A stretch of DNA of 64,000 bases. Origin: Candidatus Krumholzibacteriia bacterium. GTDB lineage: Bacteria; Krumholzibacteriota; Krumholzibacteriia; LZORAL124-64-63. Position 1 is the stretch's first letter, and the number at the start of each line of letters is the position of its first letter. Below, in pieces: positions 1-12,183 of the stretch. A program made the translations under genes and the position numbers. Where the stretch lies: NCBI GenBank assembly GCA_016744705.1, contig JADGDU010000005.1:3762-67761 (forward strand). The letters are read 5' to 3'. The notes below the pieces were generated by a model that saw only the letters and a list, made by a program, of their open reading frames with translations, was not told the origin of the DNA and did no database searches.

Positions 1-4
1 CAGC

Positions 5-3000
5 ATGTATGAAAGTGAAATCCTTGGCTATGAACGTAATGGCCAGGTCATGGATGGTCTTGGTTCCTACCTGATCATCCATCCCAACAACGCCACCGTT
101 TTGGCCAACCTGCAACCCTTGATCAACTGGCGCGCACGCCAGGGGTATAATGTTGTTGTGGCCAGCACCGCTGTGGCGGGAAGCAATACCACCAGCATCA
201 AAAACTATATTCAAGGTCAATACAACAGCTTGAGTATCCCTTTGGAATTTGTGGTTCTGGTGGGGGACGCCAATGGCAGTGTCTCTATTCCCACTTACCA
301 GGAAGGCCTTTCCGGATATCATGGTGAAGGTGATCATGAGTACACCATGCTTGAAGGCGGCGATCTGCTGGCCGATGTTCACCTGGGGCGTTTGTCCGTG
401 ACCAGCACTTCCATGCTGGCTGATGTCGTCTCCAAAATTGTGAAATACGAGAGTGAGCCTTACACCTCTGATTCGGGTTGGTTCACTAAAGCTGGTTTGG
501 CGGGGGACCCGGGTGCTTCGGGTTATTCCTGTATCTGGATCAGCCAATGGGTGAAACACCAGCTTTTGGACCTGAACTATACCCAGGTTGATACCATCTG
601 GAGTGGCAACTTCACCACCGCCATGATGAGCACTATCAACGCAGGTGAAAGTATCTTCACCTATCGTGGTTATTATGGCATGAGTGGCATGAACTCCAGC
701 CATATTGGTAGTCTTAGCAATGGCGAAAAGTTGCCTTTTGCCATGATTCCCACTTGTGATACGGGTAGTTTCTCTTCGGACACCGACTGTCGCTCAGAAG
801 CCTTTTTCCGCAACGCCAACGGTGGCGGTATCGCAGCCATCGGTACGGCCACTTCAGGAACGCACACCCGTTACAACAACTGTATGTTCCAAGGTGTGAT
901 GGAGGGTGTTCTCAACAGTGGAGATTCCCGGGTGGGCCCTGGCCTGACCCGTGGTAAGTTGCATCTGTACCGAAACTATATCGAACGTGAATCCGAAAAG
1001 GTAGAAATCTGGTCAACCTGGAATAACCTCATGGGTGATCCCGCCACCGCTCTTTGGTCCGGCGTACCTCGTTCTCCTTCAGTGGAATATCCCACAACCA
1101 TCACTTCAGGAGCCAATAGCCTGCCTGTTACGGTTCGCAATGGTGGTCTGGCCTGGGTTGGTGCCCGGGTGACTGTGTACCGCTCCAATCAAATCCAGGT
1201 CAGCGCCATCACTGACGCCAACGGTCAAGTCAACTTGCCTCTTTCGGGATTAGTTGATGGGGAATATTTGGTGACCGTCACCGGTCGCAACTTGAAACCT
1301 TATCTGGGTGGAGTGAATGTTGGCGACCTGCCCGCATTCGTAAATTTCTCCGCTTTGTCTGTGGATGATGATAATAATGGCGACAGCCAGGGTAATGGCG
1401 ACGGCCAAATTAACCCCGGCGAAATGCTTGAACTGGGCATTGACCTGATCAACACTGGTACCGGTGGTGTCAGCAATGTGACTGCCGAGCTGTCCAGCAT
1501 GAATGACATGGTCACCGTGACCAATGGTTCAGCCACATATGGCTACATCGGCAGTGGTGGGATAAGCAGCGGCCAGGACAATTTTCTGGTGAATGTGGAT
1601 CCTGCCATCCCCGGCGGGTCGGCCATTCCCATGGAATTGGAAGCCACCGATGGCTCAAGCACCTGGACCTCACTGGTTAATATGGTTGTCCAGGGGCCTG
1701 CTGCTGAAGCAGTGGCATATCGTTTGGGCAGTGTCACCATCAACCCCGGCCAGACTTCCACTCTGGAGGTCACCTTGGGCAATACCGGAAACCTGCCTGC
1801 AGGCGCTTTCCAGGCTACTTTAAGCTCTGACAGTCGTTGGGTCACCGTCACCGATGCCAGCGCCAACTTTGGCGCCATGGCTGTGGGTGCCCAGAGCACC
1901 AATACAGTTGATACTTTCGCCATCAACGCTGGTGTGGAATGTTATCCCGGTCATGTGGCCACTCTAACTTTGGACGTGGTCTTTGCCGAAGGCGGCACCG
2001 CCAGTGTGCCTGTACTTCTGACTGTGGGCAGCGCCACCAGCACTGATCCCGTGGGTCCGGACAGGCACGGCTATTATGCCTTCGACAATACCGATACCGA
2101 TTATGAGTTTGCTCCCCAATATAATTGGATTGAAACGGCACCTGAAAATGGTGGCCAGGGTGTGAGCGTGGGATTGTCTGATTTCGGTCGATACGATGAT
2201 GATGTGGTGATTGTTGATCTGCCTTTCGCCTTCAACTTCTACGGCCAATCATTTACAAAGATGTCCATCTGTTCCAACGGTTGGATCAGCTTTGGCGCCA
2301 CCAACATCCGCAGTTATCGTAACTGGACTTTGCCCAGCGCCGGTGCTCCGGATAATATGATCGCCGCTTTCTGGGACGATCTGTATGTCCGCAGTAATAA
2401 CAGTGGCATTTACTCCTGGTATGATGCAGCCAACCACCAGTTGATTCTCCAGTGGGAGAATGTGGGAACCGCCTACAGTCCTTCCGGTGATCAGGATGAA
2501 ACGTTCCAGATCATTTTACAGGATCCGGCCTTCAATGCTGGTGATACTGGCGATGGCATCATCACCATCAATTACAAAGACGTGAACCTCACCGACTCTG
2601 AAACTGGCTACCACTCTGTGGGGATCCAAAATGAAGACCGGGACGATGCGGTTCTCTACAGTTATTTCAATCTTCATCCAGGCGGAGCCGCTCCTTTGGT
2701 CGACGGCCGGAGTATCACTTTCCGCACGGTCATTCCTCAGGCTCAGGGTACCCTGAGCGGCGAGGTCACCAATGCCGGCAACGGTGTTGCTGTTGATGGC
2801 GCTGTGGTCAGTGTCGTTGGCACTGGCTTGAACCTGATGAGCACCGTTGATGGTCAATACCAGACGAACCTGACCATTGGCACTTACGACGTCGCCATCC
2901 ACCATCCATCATTTGCTCCCGACACCACTTTTGGCGTCGTGATCCTTGAAGATGTTGAGACTGTGGTCGATTTTGCTCTGGTTGATACCATGGGACCTGT

Positions 3001-4480
3001 CTTTGCTCTGCAAACCGCACCTGAAAGCACCGACAACACTGTTGGTCCTTATGATGTGGTCTTTGAAGTGAGCGATTTCAGTGGCATTGATGAGACTCAT
3101 TTCTACTACACGTCCAGTAGCACAGGCGGCCCTTTTGAATTGCCGATGCAAGCCGAGGGTCCTGCTGATACCTGGCGTGTTTCCATTCCTGGCCAGGCCA
3201 GTGGAACTCTGGTCCAGTACTGGATGACCAGTTTAGATTTACTGACCTTCAGTAGCAGCGAACCAGCTGGAGCACCTTTTGATGTGCACAGCTTTACGGT
3301 TTCTGAAACGATGGTTGTTTATTCCAGTGCTATGGAAAATGCAGGGGACTGGACTGGTGGCATCAGCGGTGATGACGCTTCTTCCGGTGTCTGGGTCAAC
3401 GTTGATCCCAATGCGGTTATTGAGGGCCAAATGGTCATCGTTCCTGAAGATGATCACAGTGTGCCGGGAACCATGTGCTGGATCACCGGTCAGGATCCTG
3501 TAGGCAGCGCCCAGGGAGCCAATGATATTGATGGTGGAACCACCACCCTCGAATCGCCTGTGATGGATATCAGCAGCTATGATGGCCTTGAAGTTCAGTA
3601 CCACCGCTGGTACACCAATGATACGGGCTTCAGTCCCAACGAAGATTATTGGGTTGTCCAAGCCAGGAACCAGAGTGGTGCTTGGGTTAATCTGGAAAAT
3701 ACATCATCCAGCAACCGCTCCTGGCAACAGATGAACTTTATGCTGAACGATCACCTGACTCTGGGCAATGAGACCCAGTTCCGTTTTGTGGCTTCAGACC
3801 TGGGTGGTGGCTCTGTTATTGAAGCTGGTGTGGATGATTTCATGCTGATCAATTCAGTGGTCATCACCGATGAGGCTGCTCCTGCAGTGAGCATGGTTGT
3901 TCCCAACGGTGGGGAGAGCTTTGGTATTGGTTCAACTATGGATATTGATTGGAACCAGAGCGATGATATCGGTGTGGTTCACGTGGAAATCCTGTTGAGC
4001 ACCGATGGTGGCGCCAGCTTCGATCAGGTCATCACAGAAGGAGCCTTGAATGGATCTTTCAACTGGACTGTGAACGCTTTGGCTGGTTCGACCAACCGGG
4101 TGAAGGTCATTTGCCACGATACCGCCGGCAATAGCACCGAAGCTATCTCGGCAGCCAACTTCACCATCGGTGGCGTCAGCGCTGCGGGTGATGTGCCTGC
4201 TGGCCGCGTGGTTCTGTCCCAGAACGCTCCCAACCCATTCAATCCTCGCACCGAGATCAAATTCTCAGTGCCCACGGATCAGGATGTCTCACTGCGCATC
4301 TACAACGTGGAAGGCCGTTTGGTTCGCACCCTGATTCAGGGACGCCAAATTGCCGGTGCCCACAGTATTATGTGGAGTGGACAGAATGACCAGGGTGGCA
4401 TGGTTGCATCCGGTCTGTACTTCTATCGTCTGAACACCGATAGTGGCACCTTGACCCGTAAGATGACTCTGTTAAAATAA
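5..4480 (+). CDS. Giant secreted gingipain-like (peptidase C25 family) multidomain protein with a T9SS/Por C-terminal sorting domain. The N-terminus lies upstream of the window.
   Basis: The ORF is open from the window edge. Candidate C25 catalytic His (…YHGEGDHEY…) and Cys (…MIPTCDTGSF…) regions are present. There are CARDB/Ig-like segments and a C-terminal NPFNPRTEIKF…LRIYNVEGRLVRTL…GLYFYRL…KMTLLK, typical of a type-A T9SS CTD. Confidence 0.75.
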   Translation: MYESEILGYERNGQVMDGLGSYLIIHPNNATVLANLQPLINWRARQGYNVVVASTAVAGSNTTSIKNYIQGQYNSLSIPLEFVVLVGDANGSVSIPTYQEGLSGYHGEGDHEYTMLEGGDLLADVHLGRLSVTSTSMLADVVSKIVKYESEPYTSDSGWFTKAGLAGDPGASGYSCIWISQWVKHQLLDLNYTQVDTIWSGNFTTAMMSTINAGESIFTYRGYYGMSGMNSSHIGSLSNGEKLPFAMIPTCDTGSFSSDTDCRSEAFFRNANGGGIAAIGTATSGTHTRYNNCMFQGVMEGVLNSGDSRVGPGLTRGKLHLYRNYIERESEKVEIWSTWNNLMGDPATALWSGVPRSPSVEYPTTITSGANSLPVTVRNGGLAWVGARVTVYRSNQIQVSAITDANGQVNLPLSGLVDGEYLVTVTGRNLKPYLGGVNVGDLPAFVNFSALSVDDDNNGDSQGNGDGQINPGEMLELGIDLINTGTGGVSNVTAELSSMNDMVTVTNGSATYGYIGSGGISSGQDNFLVNVDPAIPGGSAIPMELEATDGSSTWTSLVNMVVQGPAAEAVAYRLGSVTINPGQTSTLEVTLGNTGNLPAGAFQATLSSDSRWVTVTDASANFGAMAVGAQSTNTVDTFAINAGVECYPGHVATLTLDVVFAEGGTASVPVLLTVGSATSTDPVGPDRHGYYAFDNTDTDYEFAPQYNWIETAPENGGQGVSVGLSDFGRYDDDVVIVDLPFAFNFYGQSFTKMSICSNGWISFGATNIRSYRNWTLPSAGAPDNMIAAFWDDLYVRSNNSGIYSWYDAANHQLILQWENVGTAYSPSGDQDETFQIILQDPAFNAGDTGDGIITINYKDVNLTDSETGYHSVGIQNEDRDDAVLYSYFNLHPGGAAPLVDGRSITFRTVIPQAQGTLSGEVTNAGNGVAVDGAVVSVVGTGLNLMSTVDGQYQTNLTIGTYDVAIHHPSFAPDTTFGVVILEDVETVVDFALVDTMGPVFALQTAPESTDNTVGPYDVVFEVSDFSGIDETHFYYTSSSTGGPFELPMQAEGPADTWRVSIPGQASGTLVQYWMTSLDLLTFSSSEPAGAPFDVHSFTVSETMVVYSSAMENAGDWTGGISGDDASSGVWVNVDPNAVIEGQMVIVPEDDHSVPGTMCWITGQDPVGSAQGANDIDGGTTTLESPVMDISSYDGLEVQYHRWYTNDTGFSPNEDYWVVQARNQSGAWVNLENTSSSNRSWQQMNFMLNDHLTLGNETQFRFVASDLGGGSVIEAGVDDFMLINSVVITDEAAPAVSMVVPNGGESFGIGSTMDIDWNQSDDIGVVHVEILLSTDGGASFDQVITEGALNGSFNWTVNALAGSTNRVKVICHDTAGNSTEAISAANFTIGGVSAAGDVPAGRVVLSQNAPNPFNPRTEIKFSVPTDQDVSLRIYNVEGRLVRTLIQGRQIAGAHSIMWSGQNDQGGMVASGLYFYRLNTDSGTLTRKMTLLK

Positions 4481-4522
4481 GAGTTGGTAGTATAAAGGGT
4501 CTGGACCATCAGTTAGTCTCTG

Positions 4523-5158
4523 ATGGTCCAGACCGAACCTTTTTCCCTCAGGGAGAATTCTTTGAAATCCCGCCATCTGGTTCCTTTATTCCTGGTTGCT
4601 GCTGTTGTTTTGTTTTCCGGTTGCACCAGCGAGGAAGTACAGCAATTTGAGTCCAACCGTCTTTCCGATGAAAATTCGGCAGAGGATTTTGATGTGGAAA
4701 CCACCTTGTGCCGCAAGGTGAGCCGCAAAAGTGGCCGGCGCATAGGCGTGGGGCAGGAGTTCAAAGTTTCCATCAAATCTTATGTCCGGGCTTTTGTGGA
4801 TTTTGATAACGTCCAAGTGGACCGGCCCTATACCGTGCACTTGGTCTGGATTCGTCCTGACGGCAAAGAAATGTTCCGGAAATATGCCAACGTGCGCCTG
4901 GACCAAGTTCAGGATGACGAATACCGCACCATCATCTCCTGGCTCAGTGCCGAAGATCTGCACAAGGTGAAATCCGATACTCTGCTGACGGCCAAGCCCG
5001 AATTCACTTTGCAAACGCGCCTCAACATCTCGGAAAAAAAGGCCAGAGAGCCTGGTCTGCATCACTTCCGTGTCTATCTGGATCGCCGCTTCCTGTTGGA
5101 AGAGCCCTTCACTGTATTGGGTCCTCCGGTGGTCGCCGAGGCTGATTCCACCGCATAA
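4523..5158 (+). CDS. Hypothetical lipoprotein.
   Basis: The N-terminal hydrophobic stretch ends in a lipobox-like …LFSGC-TSEE. It has no recognisable domain. It overlaps a featureless antisense ORF (4586..5209) that I consider spurious. Confidence 0.45.
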   Translation: MVQTEPFSLRENSLKSRHLVPLFLVAAVVLFSGCTSEEVQQFESNRLSDENSAEDFDVETTLCRKVSRKSGRRIGVGQEFKVSIKSYVRAFVDFDNVQVDRPYTVHLVWIRPDGKEMFRKYANVRLDQVQDDEYRTIISWLSAEDLHKVKSDTLLTAKPEFTLQTRLNISEKKAREPGLHHFRVYLDRRFLLEEPFTVLGPPVVAEADSTA

Positions 5159-5264
5159 ATCTGCCTTTTTGTCAAAAAAACATGGCCTCCCCAAAGGGAG
5201 GTCTGTCATTTTGGCACCTCTGTCAGCCCTAACTCAGATATCCCATAATTTCCACGGTTTTCCC

Positions 5265-5292
5265 TTGCGAGCCTCGTGGGGTGGCGTATATT
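5265..5292 (+). promoter_or_regulatory. Sigma70-like promoter for groES-groEL (-35 TTGCGA, 16-nt spacer, -10 TATATT).
   Basis: The hexamers were read directly. The CIRCE operator lies just downstream, which is the classical arrangement. Confidence 0.4.
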
Positions 5293-5301
5293 GCCAAACG
5301 A

Positions 5302-5328
5302 TTAGCAATCGACAAGCGAGACTGCTAA
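5302..5328 (+). promoter_or_regulatory. CIRCE operator (HrcA binding site): TTAGCAATC-N9-GACTGCTAA.
   Basis: The 9-N9-9 inverted repeat is TTAGCAATC gacaagcga GACTGCTAA. It matches the CIRCE consensus TTAGCACTC-N9-GAGTGCTAA at 16 of 18 positions and sits 65 nt upstream of the groES start. Confidence 0.8.
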
Positions 5329-5393
5329 CGTGGTTTCGATTTCATAACGGCTGGGCTAAAAGTCTGGCCTGAACTAAAGGATGGAGAAATACC

Positions 5394-5684
5394 ATGGCTC
5401 TGAAAATCAAGCCTTTGGCTGACCGGGTAATCATCGAACCCTTGGCCCAGGAAACCATGAAGGGTGGCATCATTATCCCCGATACCGCCAAAGAAAAACC
5501 CCAGCAGGGTAAAGTTGTGGCCACCGGCCCCGGCAGCATCAGTGACAATGGCGACCGGGTGAACCTGGAAGTTAAAACTGGTGACATCGTTCTCTACGGC
5601 AAATATGCCGGCACCGAAGTGGCTGTTGATGGCAACGACTACCTCATCCTGCGCGAAAGTGACGTTCTGGCCATTTTGGGCTAG
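5394..5684 (+). CDS. groES: Co-chaperonin GroES.
   Basis: The 96-aa protein ([16 protein letters not shown]…[14 protein letters not shown]…) is unmistakable Cpn10. It lies directly upstream of groEL. Confidence 0.97.
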   Translation: MALKIKPLADRVIIEPLAQETMKGGIIIPDTAKEKPQQGKVVATGPGSISDNGDRVNLEVKTGDIVLYGKYAGTEVAVDGNDYLILRESDVLAILG

Positions 5685-5732
5685 TGCGAACCAACTATAC
5701 TATGTCATTTCCCGGTTATCCGGGTTACATAA

Positions 5733-7403
<1,671 letters not shown>

Positions 7404-7435
7404 TCATTGTCGGTCACTTGACCATTTTGATGCAA

Positions 7436-7468
7436 ACGGCCCCTCTTTGGAGGGGCCGTTTTTTTTGG
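7436..7468 (+). terminator. Rho-independent terminator after groEL.
   Basis: A GC-rich hairpin, ggcccctctttggaggggcc, is followed by an 8-nt T-run. Confidence 0.7.
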
Positions 7469-7892
7469 TCAGAAGGGGGGCTGGAACAGAAATAGCGCTC
7501 TGAGTGAGCACGGGAGTTGCTCCCAGATAGTTTTGGGGAGTAGAAGGTTTGGGAGTCCAGCTCTGGCAATGGCTCCTGAGTACTATCGCCGAGTAATTGT
7601 GAGCACCCTCTTTGATGGTAACTCTTTTGTTCCCAATACTTAACGTTGTGTAGGCTACATTGGGATACTGTAAATACCTTTTAAAATATTTTCACAATAT
7701 TAGGGTGAGGCCATGATCGTCTCTTCTCTCTGCAGATGCGCTGCTTCTGAGCGGAACCTGAAAGTCTGAACACGCTTGCAAGCAGCGGAGTATCAGATCC
7801 AGGCTACGCAATAATAGAAGCCAAGGGTTTCAGATGGAATTATAGCGTTCGCTTGTACTAGCCCGCTAAAAAATGACCCGAAAGGCCAGAAA

Positions 7893-9317
7893 ATGAAAAA
7901 GCTTTATTTATTAGTTCTAATCTGTCTAGTCCTTGCTGTTTCGTCTTGCTCTTCCGAGCCAAGCTTAAGTTCAAAAGAAGCCAAAACCATTGCCAAAGAA
8001 GCTTATGTCTATGGTTTGCCTATGGTTCTAAATTACAAAACGATGCACAACTATGTGGTTGATAAAAATTCACCAGAATACAAAGGTGAATTGAATCATT
8101 TGGCCTGTATGGCAAGAGTATATACACCGGAAGACAAAGCTATCGTTACCCCAAATTCAGACACCCCTTACTGTATGGCATGGGGCGATTTGAGAGCAGA
8201 ACCTCTCGTACTAACTATTCCTGAAATAGAAAAAGCGCGGTTTTATGAGGTTCAGCTGATTGATCTCTTTACGCATAACTTCGCTTATGTCAGTACGGTC
8301 GCAACAGGTAATGTTCCTGGAAAATATTTGATATCCGGATCAGCCTGGGAGGGTGAGATTCCTGAGGAGATCAACGGGGTCATCCCTTGTGAAACAGACC
8401 TTCTTTTTACCATAATTCGGACGCAATTGTTTAATCCTGATGATTTGGATAATGTCGAAGCGATACAAAATGGATACCATCTTGAGCCATTGAGCTCCTA
8501 TCTTGGGGTTAAAAGTCCTGCTGCGGCACCTGCACTCGATTACCCAAAATGGAATGAAGGTGAGCAGTTTACAGCCGCTGCCTTCAATTATTTGGATTTT
8601 ATGCTCAATCTTGTAGATGCACCTCAAGAAGAGCAAGCCTTGATGAAGCGATTTGCAAAGATCGGATTGGGCACCGATAGTGATTTTGATTTCAATGCAT
8701 TCTCTCCTGAGATACAAAAGGCTATTGAGGAGGGAGTGCAAGAAGGCTTTGCCGAGGTAGAGGCATTTCTTGCAAAGGCAAGTACCGACCCACTGTCCAG
8801 TGCGAAAATATTTGGGACCAGAGAATTTCTCAACAAGAGTTCAAAAGAGAACTATAAGTCAGATGACCTGTTTATCTTGCGTGCCGCTGCAGCACATCAG
8901 GGTCTATATGGGAATTCGGGTGATGAAGCCATCTACCCTACATATTTAGTAGATGCTCAAGGTGCTCCATTTGATGCGTCAAAAAACAACTATACCTTAA
9001 CCTTTAAAAAAGGTGAGCTTCCTCCAGTAACAGCATTCTGGTCTCTCACAATGTATGATGGCAAAACACAACTGCTGATCGAAAATCCACTAAACAGGTA
9101 CCTGCTCAACTCTCCTATGATGGATCAACTCGTTGTGGCAGAAGATGGTTCTTTGACCATTTACATCCAAAAAGAGTCACCGGGGAAAGAGCAGGAACCC
9201 AACTGGTTACCAGCTCCTGATGGACCTTTTTATGCTGTGCTGAGGCTTTATGGACCTGAGCAAGAAGCACTTCAAGGCAAATGGATGAGTCCACCACTTG
9301 TTAAGGCTTCATCATGA
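7893..9317 (+). CDS. DUF1254/DUF1214-family lipoprotein in a sharply low-GC gene.
   Basis: The signal peptide ends in a lipobox (…LAVSSC-SSEP). The NSDTPYCMAWGDLRAEPLVLTIP…RFYEVQLIDLFTHNF block resembles the DUF1254 core. The length is right for DUF1254+DUF1214 proteins. The DNA is visibly AT-rich relative to its flanks. Confidence 0.6.
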   Translation: MKKLYLLVLICLVLAVSSCSSEPSLSSKEAKTIAKEAYVYGLPMVLNYKTMHNYVVDKNSPEYKGELNHLACMARVYTPEDKAIVTPNSDTPYCMAWGDLRAEPLVLTIPEIEKARFYEVQLIDLFTHNFAYVSTVATGNVPGKYLISGSAWEGEIPEEINGVIPCETDLLFTIIRTQLFNPDDLDNVEAIQNGYHLEPLSSYLGVKSPAAAPALDYPKWNEGEQFTAAAFNYLDFMLNLVDAPQEEQALMKRFAKIGLGTDSDFDFNAFSPEIQKAIEEGVQEGFAEVEAFLAKASTDPLSSAKIFGTREFLNKSSKENYKSDDLFILRAAAAHQGLYGNSGDEAIYPTYLVDAQGAPFDASKNNYTLTFKKGELPPVTAFWSLTMYDGKTQLLIENPLNRYLLNSPMMDQLVVAEDGSLTIYIQKESPGKEQEPNWLPAPDGPFYAVLRLYGPEQEALQGKWMSPPLVKASS

Positions 9318-10078
9318 AAAACAGGTGCCTCACATCTCCACTCATCCTTGTGGTACTGCTGCTTGCCTCAGGATGCGCAACCACAGTGGAACTCTCACGC
9401 CCGGCGGAGGTCGAAGAAGTCCATCCGGGACTCCTTGCCGGATACCTAAAAGAGGGCCCTGATAGCCTGAAACTGGTGGCGCAGCCACCCACTTCCGGAA
9501 GTGCTGCTTTTGCACGCGATGAAGAAGCCAGCAAAGAAAGCTTTGCTTTACGGGGAACGGAACGCTGGAATCAAGCCATCAAGGATGCCAACCTCCATTT
9601 CCCGGCCGCCGCCGATGCCTTTACCGACGTGCTCGGCTTTTCCATATCGGAAGAAAAAACCCCGTTCCTCTATCAACTCCTGCGCCGCACCTTGACCGAT
9701 GCAGGCCTTTCGACCTACACCGCGAAAAACCACTACCAACGCAAACGCCCCTTCATGACTAATGGCCAACCCATTGGTACGCCCGACGAAGAGGATGCGC
9801 TGCGTAAGGATGGTTCCTATCCCTCCGGCCATACCGCTATCGGTTGGGCATGGGCGCTCATCCTGACCGAAGTGGTTCCGGAAAAGACCGATGCCATCCT
9901 CAAGCGAGGATATGAATTTGGCCAAAGCCGTATCATCTGCAACGTTCATTGGCAGAGCGATGTAGACAGTGGGCGGCTCATGGGGTCGGCCACCGTGGCT
10001 CGGTTGCACGCCAACGCCGACTTTATCGCCGATCTCGCTCAAGCCAAGGCCGAGGTCAAAGCTATGAAAAACCCATAG
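9314..10078 (+). CDS. Class A non-specific acid phosphatase (PAP2 superfamily, PhoN/PhoC-like); lipoprotein.
   Basis: All three class-A signature blocks are present: K-x6-RP (KNHYQRKRP), PSGH (YPSGHT) and SR-x5-H-x3-D (SRIICNVHWQSD). The signal peptide ends …LLLASGC-ATT. The ATG overlaps the preceding stop (ATGA). Confidence 0.8.
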   Translation: MKNRCLTSPLILVVLLLASGCATTVELSRPAEVEEVHPGLLAGYLKEGPDSLKLVAQPPTSGSAAFARDEEASKESFALRGTERWNQAIKDANLHFPAAADAFTDVLGFSISEEKTPFLYQLLRRTLTDAGLSTYTAKNHYQRKRPFMTNGQPIGTPDEEDALRKDGSYPSGHTAIGWAWALILTEVVPEKTDAILKRGYEFGQSRIICNVHWQSDVDSGRLMGSATVARLHANADFIADLAQAKAEVKAMKNP

Positions 10079-10223
10079 CACATTGAAAACCGAGAGAACA
10101 TTTACTGAAGGATTAATTATGAGGATTGCACGCACAACTTGGCCAAATTGGGCCAACCTTGGTGGCGGCGTAAACACTTCTAAGCATTTTTAAAATGCTT
10201 TGGCTTTCATAAGGAGTACAGTG

Positions 10224-12080
10224 ATGAAGACTCTGAGGCAGAACAATTTTTTTCTTTTCCTGGCAGCTATGGTACTTCTTGGGGTGTCGGGCATGACTGT
10301 CCATTTGCACGCCACTGAATCCACTTCCACGCCATCGCGTTACATGGGGGGCCCCGTCGAACTGGTAACTGCACCAAACGGCGCGCGGGTGAATGCCGAA
10401 ATTCTTGAGGTCAGCAGCAAGATCAGCTATCTCGAACCAACTACGGAGAAGGTTGCCGCCGGGGTCTGGTGTATTGGCGGTTACTCCCTGGCAAATACAA
10501 CGGTGATTGAGGGTGATGACGGCTTGATCGTCTATGATACCGGTGACACAAAAGAAGAAGCCGAGCACATACGCAAGGCCATCGAAAAGATCAGCGACAA
10601 GCCGGTTAAAGTCATTATTTACAGCCACTCTCACTATGCCTTGGGCGCGGGCGCCTTGGTCGACAATCCAGAGGATGTGCTTATTATTGGCCATCCAAAA
10701 GTCAACGAAACGGTTGAAAGCAGTCTTCAGGGCGGAGGATCGCCATCCGCGATTCCGGAAGTCGGCCCGATAATGACAGCTCGCATAATGTCTCACTTCG
10801 GGTTGCTATTGCCTGACGAAGGGCCGGATGCCGGCGTGGCTCCCAAGCTTGATATGGGGAAACCCATTGCCTTTTTGCCGGCTACCAAGACCGTCGAAAA
10901 CGGCGAAGAACTCGAGGTGCTCGGGATTAAGCTACAGTTTTTCACGGAATACATGTCCGATGATTACAACCTGACGGTCTGGGTGCCGGAGAAAAAGGCT
11001 GTGCTGAATAACTTCTTGTGGCCCGGCACCCCCAATCTCTATACCCTTCGTGGCGGTGTATATCGGTCTCCTTTGATATGGCGCGATGGATTGAAGGTGA
11101 TGCGGGATCTGCAGCCTGAGATTCTTCTCAATACTCACGCACGTGCGGTTGTAGGCGAAGACAAAGTAACGGAAATATTAACCACCTACATGGATATGAT
11201 CACCCTTACCTACGATCAAACCTTGCGAGGGATTATGCGGGGTATGGGACCTGACGAGTTGCGCCATTTTGTAAAAATTCCGTCCTCTCTTAGTGAAATA
11301 CCTGAGAACTTTCAGGGATATGGGGAATCCGTTCATTTCCCGGAAGCCATCTATCAGTACGTGATTGGCTGGTTTGACTGGGACGGCACCAAGCTATTTA
11401 AAATTGCCCCTGAAGATGCGGCCTTGCGCACGGTGGAACTGATGGGCGGAAGAGAAAAGGTAATTGAGGCAACCCGGCTGGCATTCGAAAAAGAAGAATT
11501 TGCCTGGGCCGCGGAGCTTATTCAGTACGCCTACCTGTTGGACCCCATGGCTAAAGATGTGCGACAGCTAAAAGCCGATATATTGCGGCAACTGGGTTAT
11601 CGTACAACCGGCTCTATTGCCAGGGGCTTTCTTTTGTCCGAAGCCCTCGCGCTTGAAGGGAAAATCGAGTCCCCGCTAACCATTATGCCCAGTCCCGAGA
11701 TTGTCGCAGGCTCCCCGGCGGCCTTCGTGGATTATTATCGCATCAGGATCGATCCCGAAAAGAGCAAAGACACCGACACGGTTTTGGAGTTCGTATTTAG
11801 TGATCAGAAAGACCAATCGGTTGCCCTGCACATCAGAGGAGGCGTCGCCGAATTCGTTCCCGAACCTTCAAATTATCTGAAAAAGTCCGATTATATCCTA
11901 CAACTGGATAGAACAACGTGGGCATCGGTCTATTTGGGAACCGCGGATATGGCGGAAGAAATCCAGTCGCAAAAGGTGGAAGTAACGAAAGGCGATGAAA
12001 CAGAATTGGTCGCACTGTTTGAACTCTTCGATAAGTTCAACCCGGCCTCGAATTTCAAAATACTGCCGTTGGTTGAATAA
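10224..12080 (+). CDS. MBL-fold alkyl/aryl-sulfatase-like protein (SdsA1/Bds1 architecture).
   Basis: It has an N-terminal secretion signal, a metallo-beta-lactamase region (…IIYSHSHYALG…) and a C-terminal SCP2-like segment, and is about 620 aa as in alkylsulfatases. I prefer the ATG at 10224, which follows a strong RBS, AAGGAG-7nt-ATG. The ORF track begins at a TTG at 10200. The metal motif reads HSHYA rather than the canonical HxHxDH. Confidence 0.55.
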   Translation: MKTLRQNNFFLFLAAMVLLGVSGMTVHLHATESTSTPSRYMGGPVELVTAPNGARVNAEILEVSSKISYLEPTTEKVAAGVWCIGGYSLANTTVIEGDDGLIVYDTGDTKEEAEHIRKAIEKISDKPVKVIIYSHSHYALGAGALVDNPEDVLIIGHPKVNETVESSLQGGGSPSAIPEVGPIMTARIMSHFGLLLPDEGPDAGVAPKLDMGKPIAFLPATKTVENGEELEVLGIKLQFFTEYMSDDYNLTVWVPEKKAVLNNFLWPGTPNLYTLRGGVYRSPLIWRDGLKVMRDLQPEILLNTHARAVVGEDKVTEILTTYMDMITLTYDQTLRGIMRGMGPDELRHFVKIPSSLSEIPENFQGYGESVHFPEAIYQYVIGWFDWDGTKLFKIAPEDAALRTVELMGGREKVIEATRLAFEKEEFAWAAELIQYAYLLDPMAKDVRQLKADILRQLGYRTTGSIARGFLLSEALALEGKIESPLTIMPSPEIVAGSPAAFVDYYRIRIDPEKSKDTDTVLEFVFSDQKDQSVALHIRGGVAEFVPEPSNYLKKSDYILQLDRTTWASVYLGTADMAEEIQSQKVEVTKGDETELVALFELFDKFNPASNFKILPLVE

Positions 12081-12183
12081 GAATCGGCCTTTAAATCTGA
12101 GGCTTAGCGAATAGACGGACCGGAAGAAGTGTTTCAATACTACAAGTAGATAAATTGTTAACAAAACCTGAAGGATACCAATT

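Noticed and set aside
4586-5209. A 207-aa minus-strand ORF overlapping the + strand lipoprotein ORF.
   Set aside because: It has no start context or domain. The + strand frame has a clean lipoprotein signal and follows the upstream gene co-directionally. I chose the + frame, at modest confidence.
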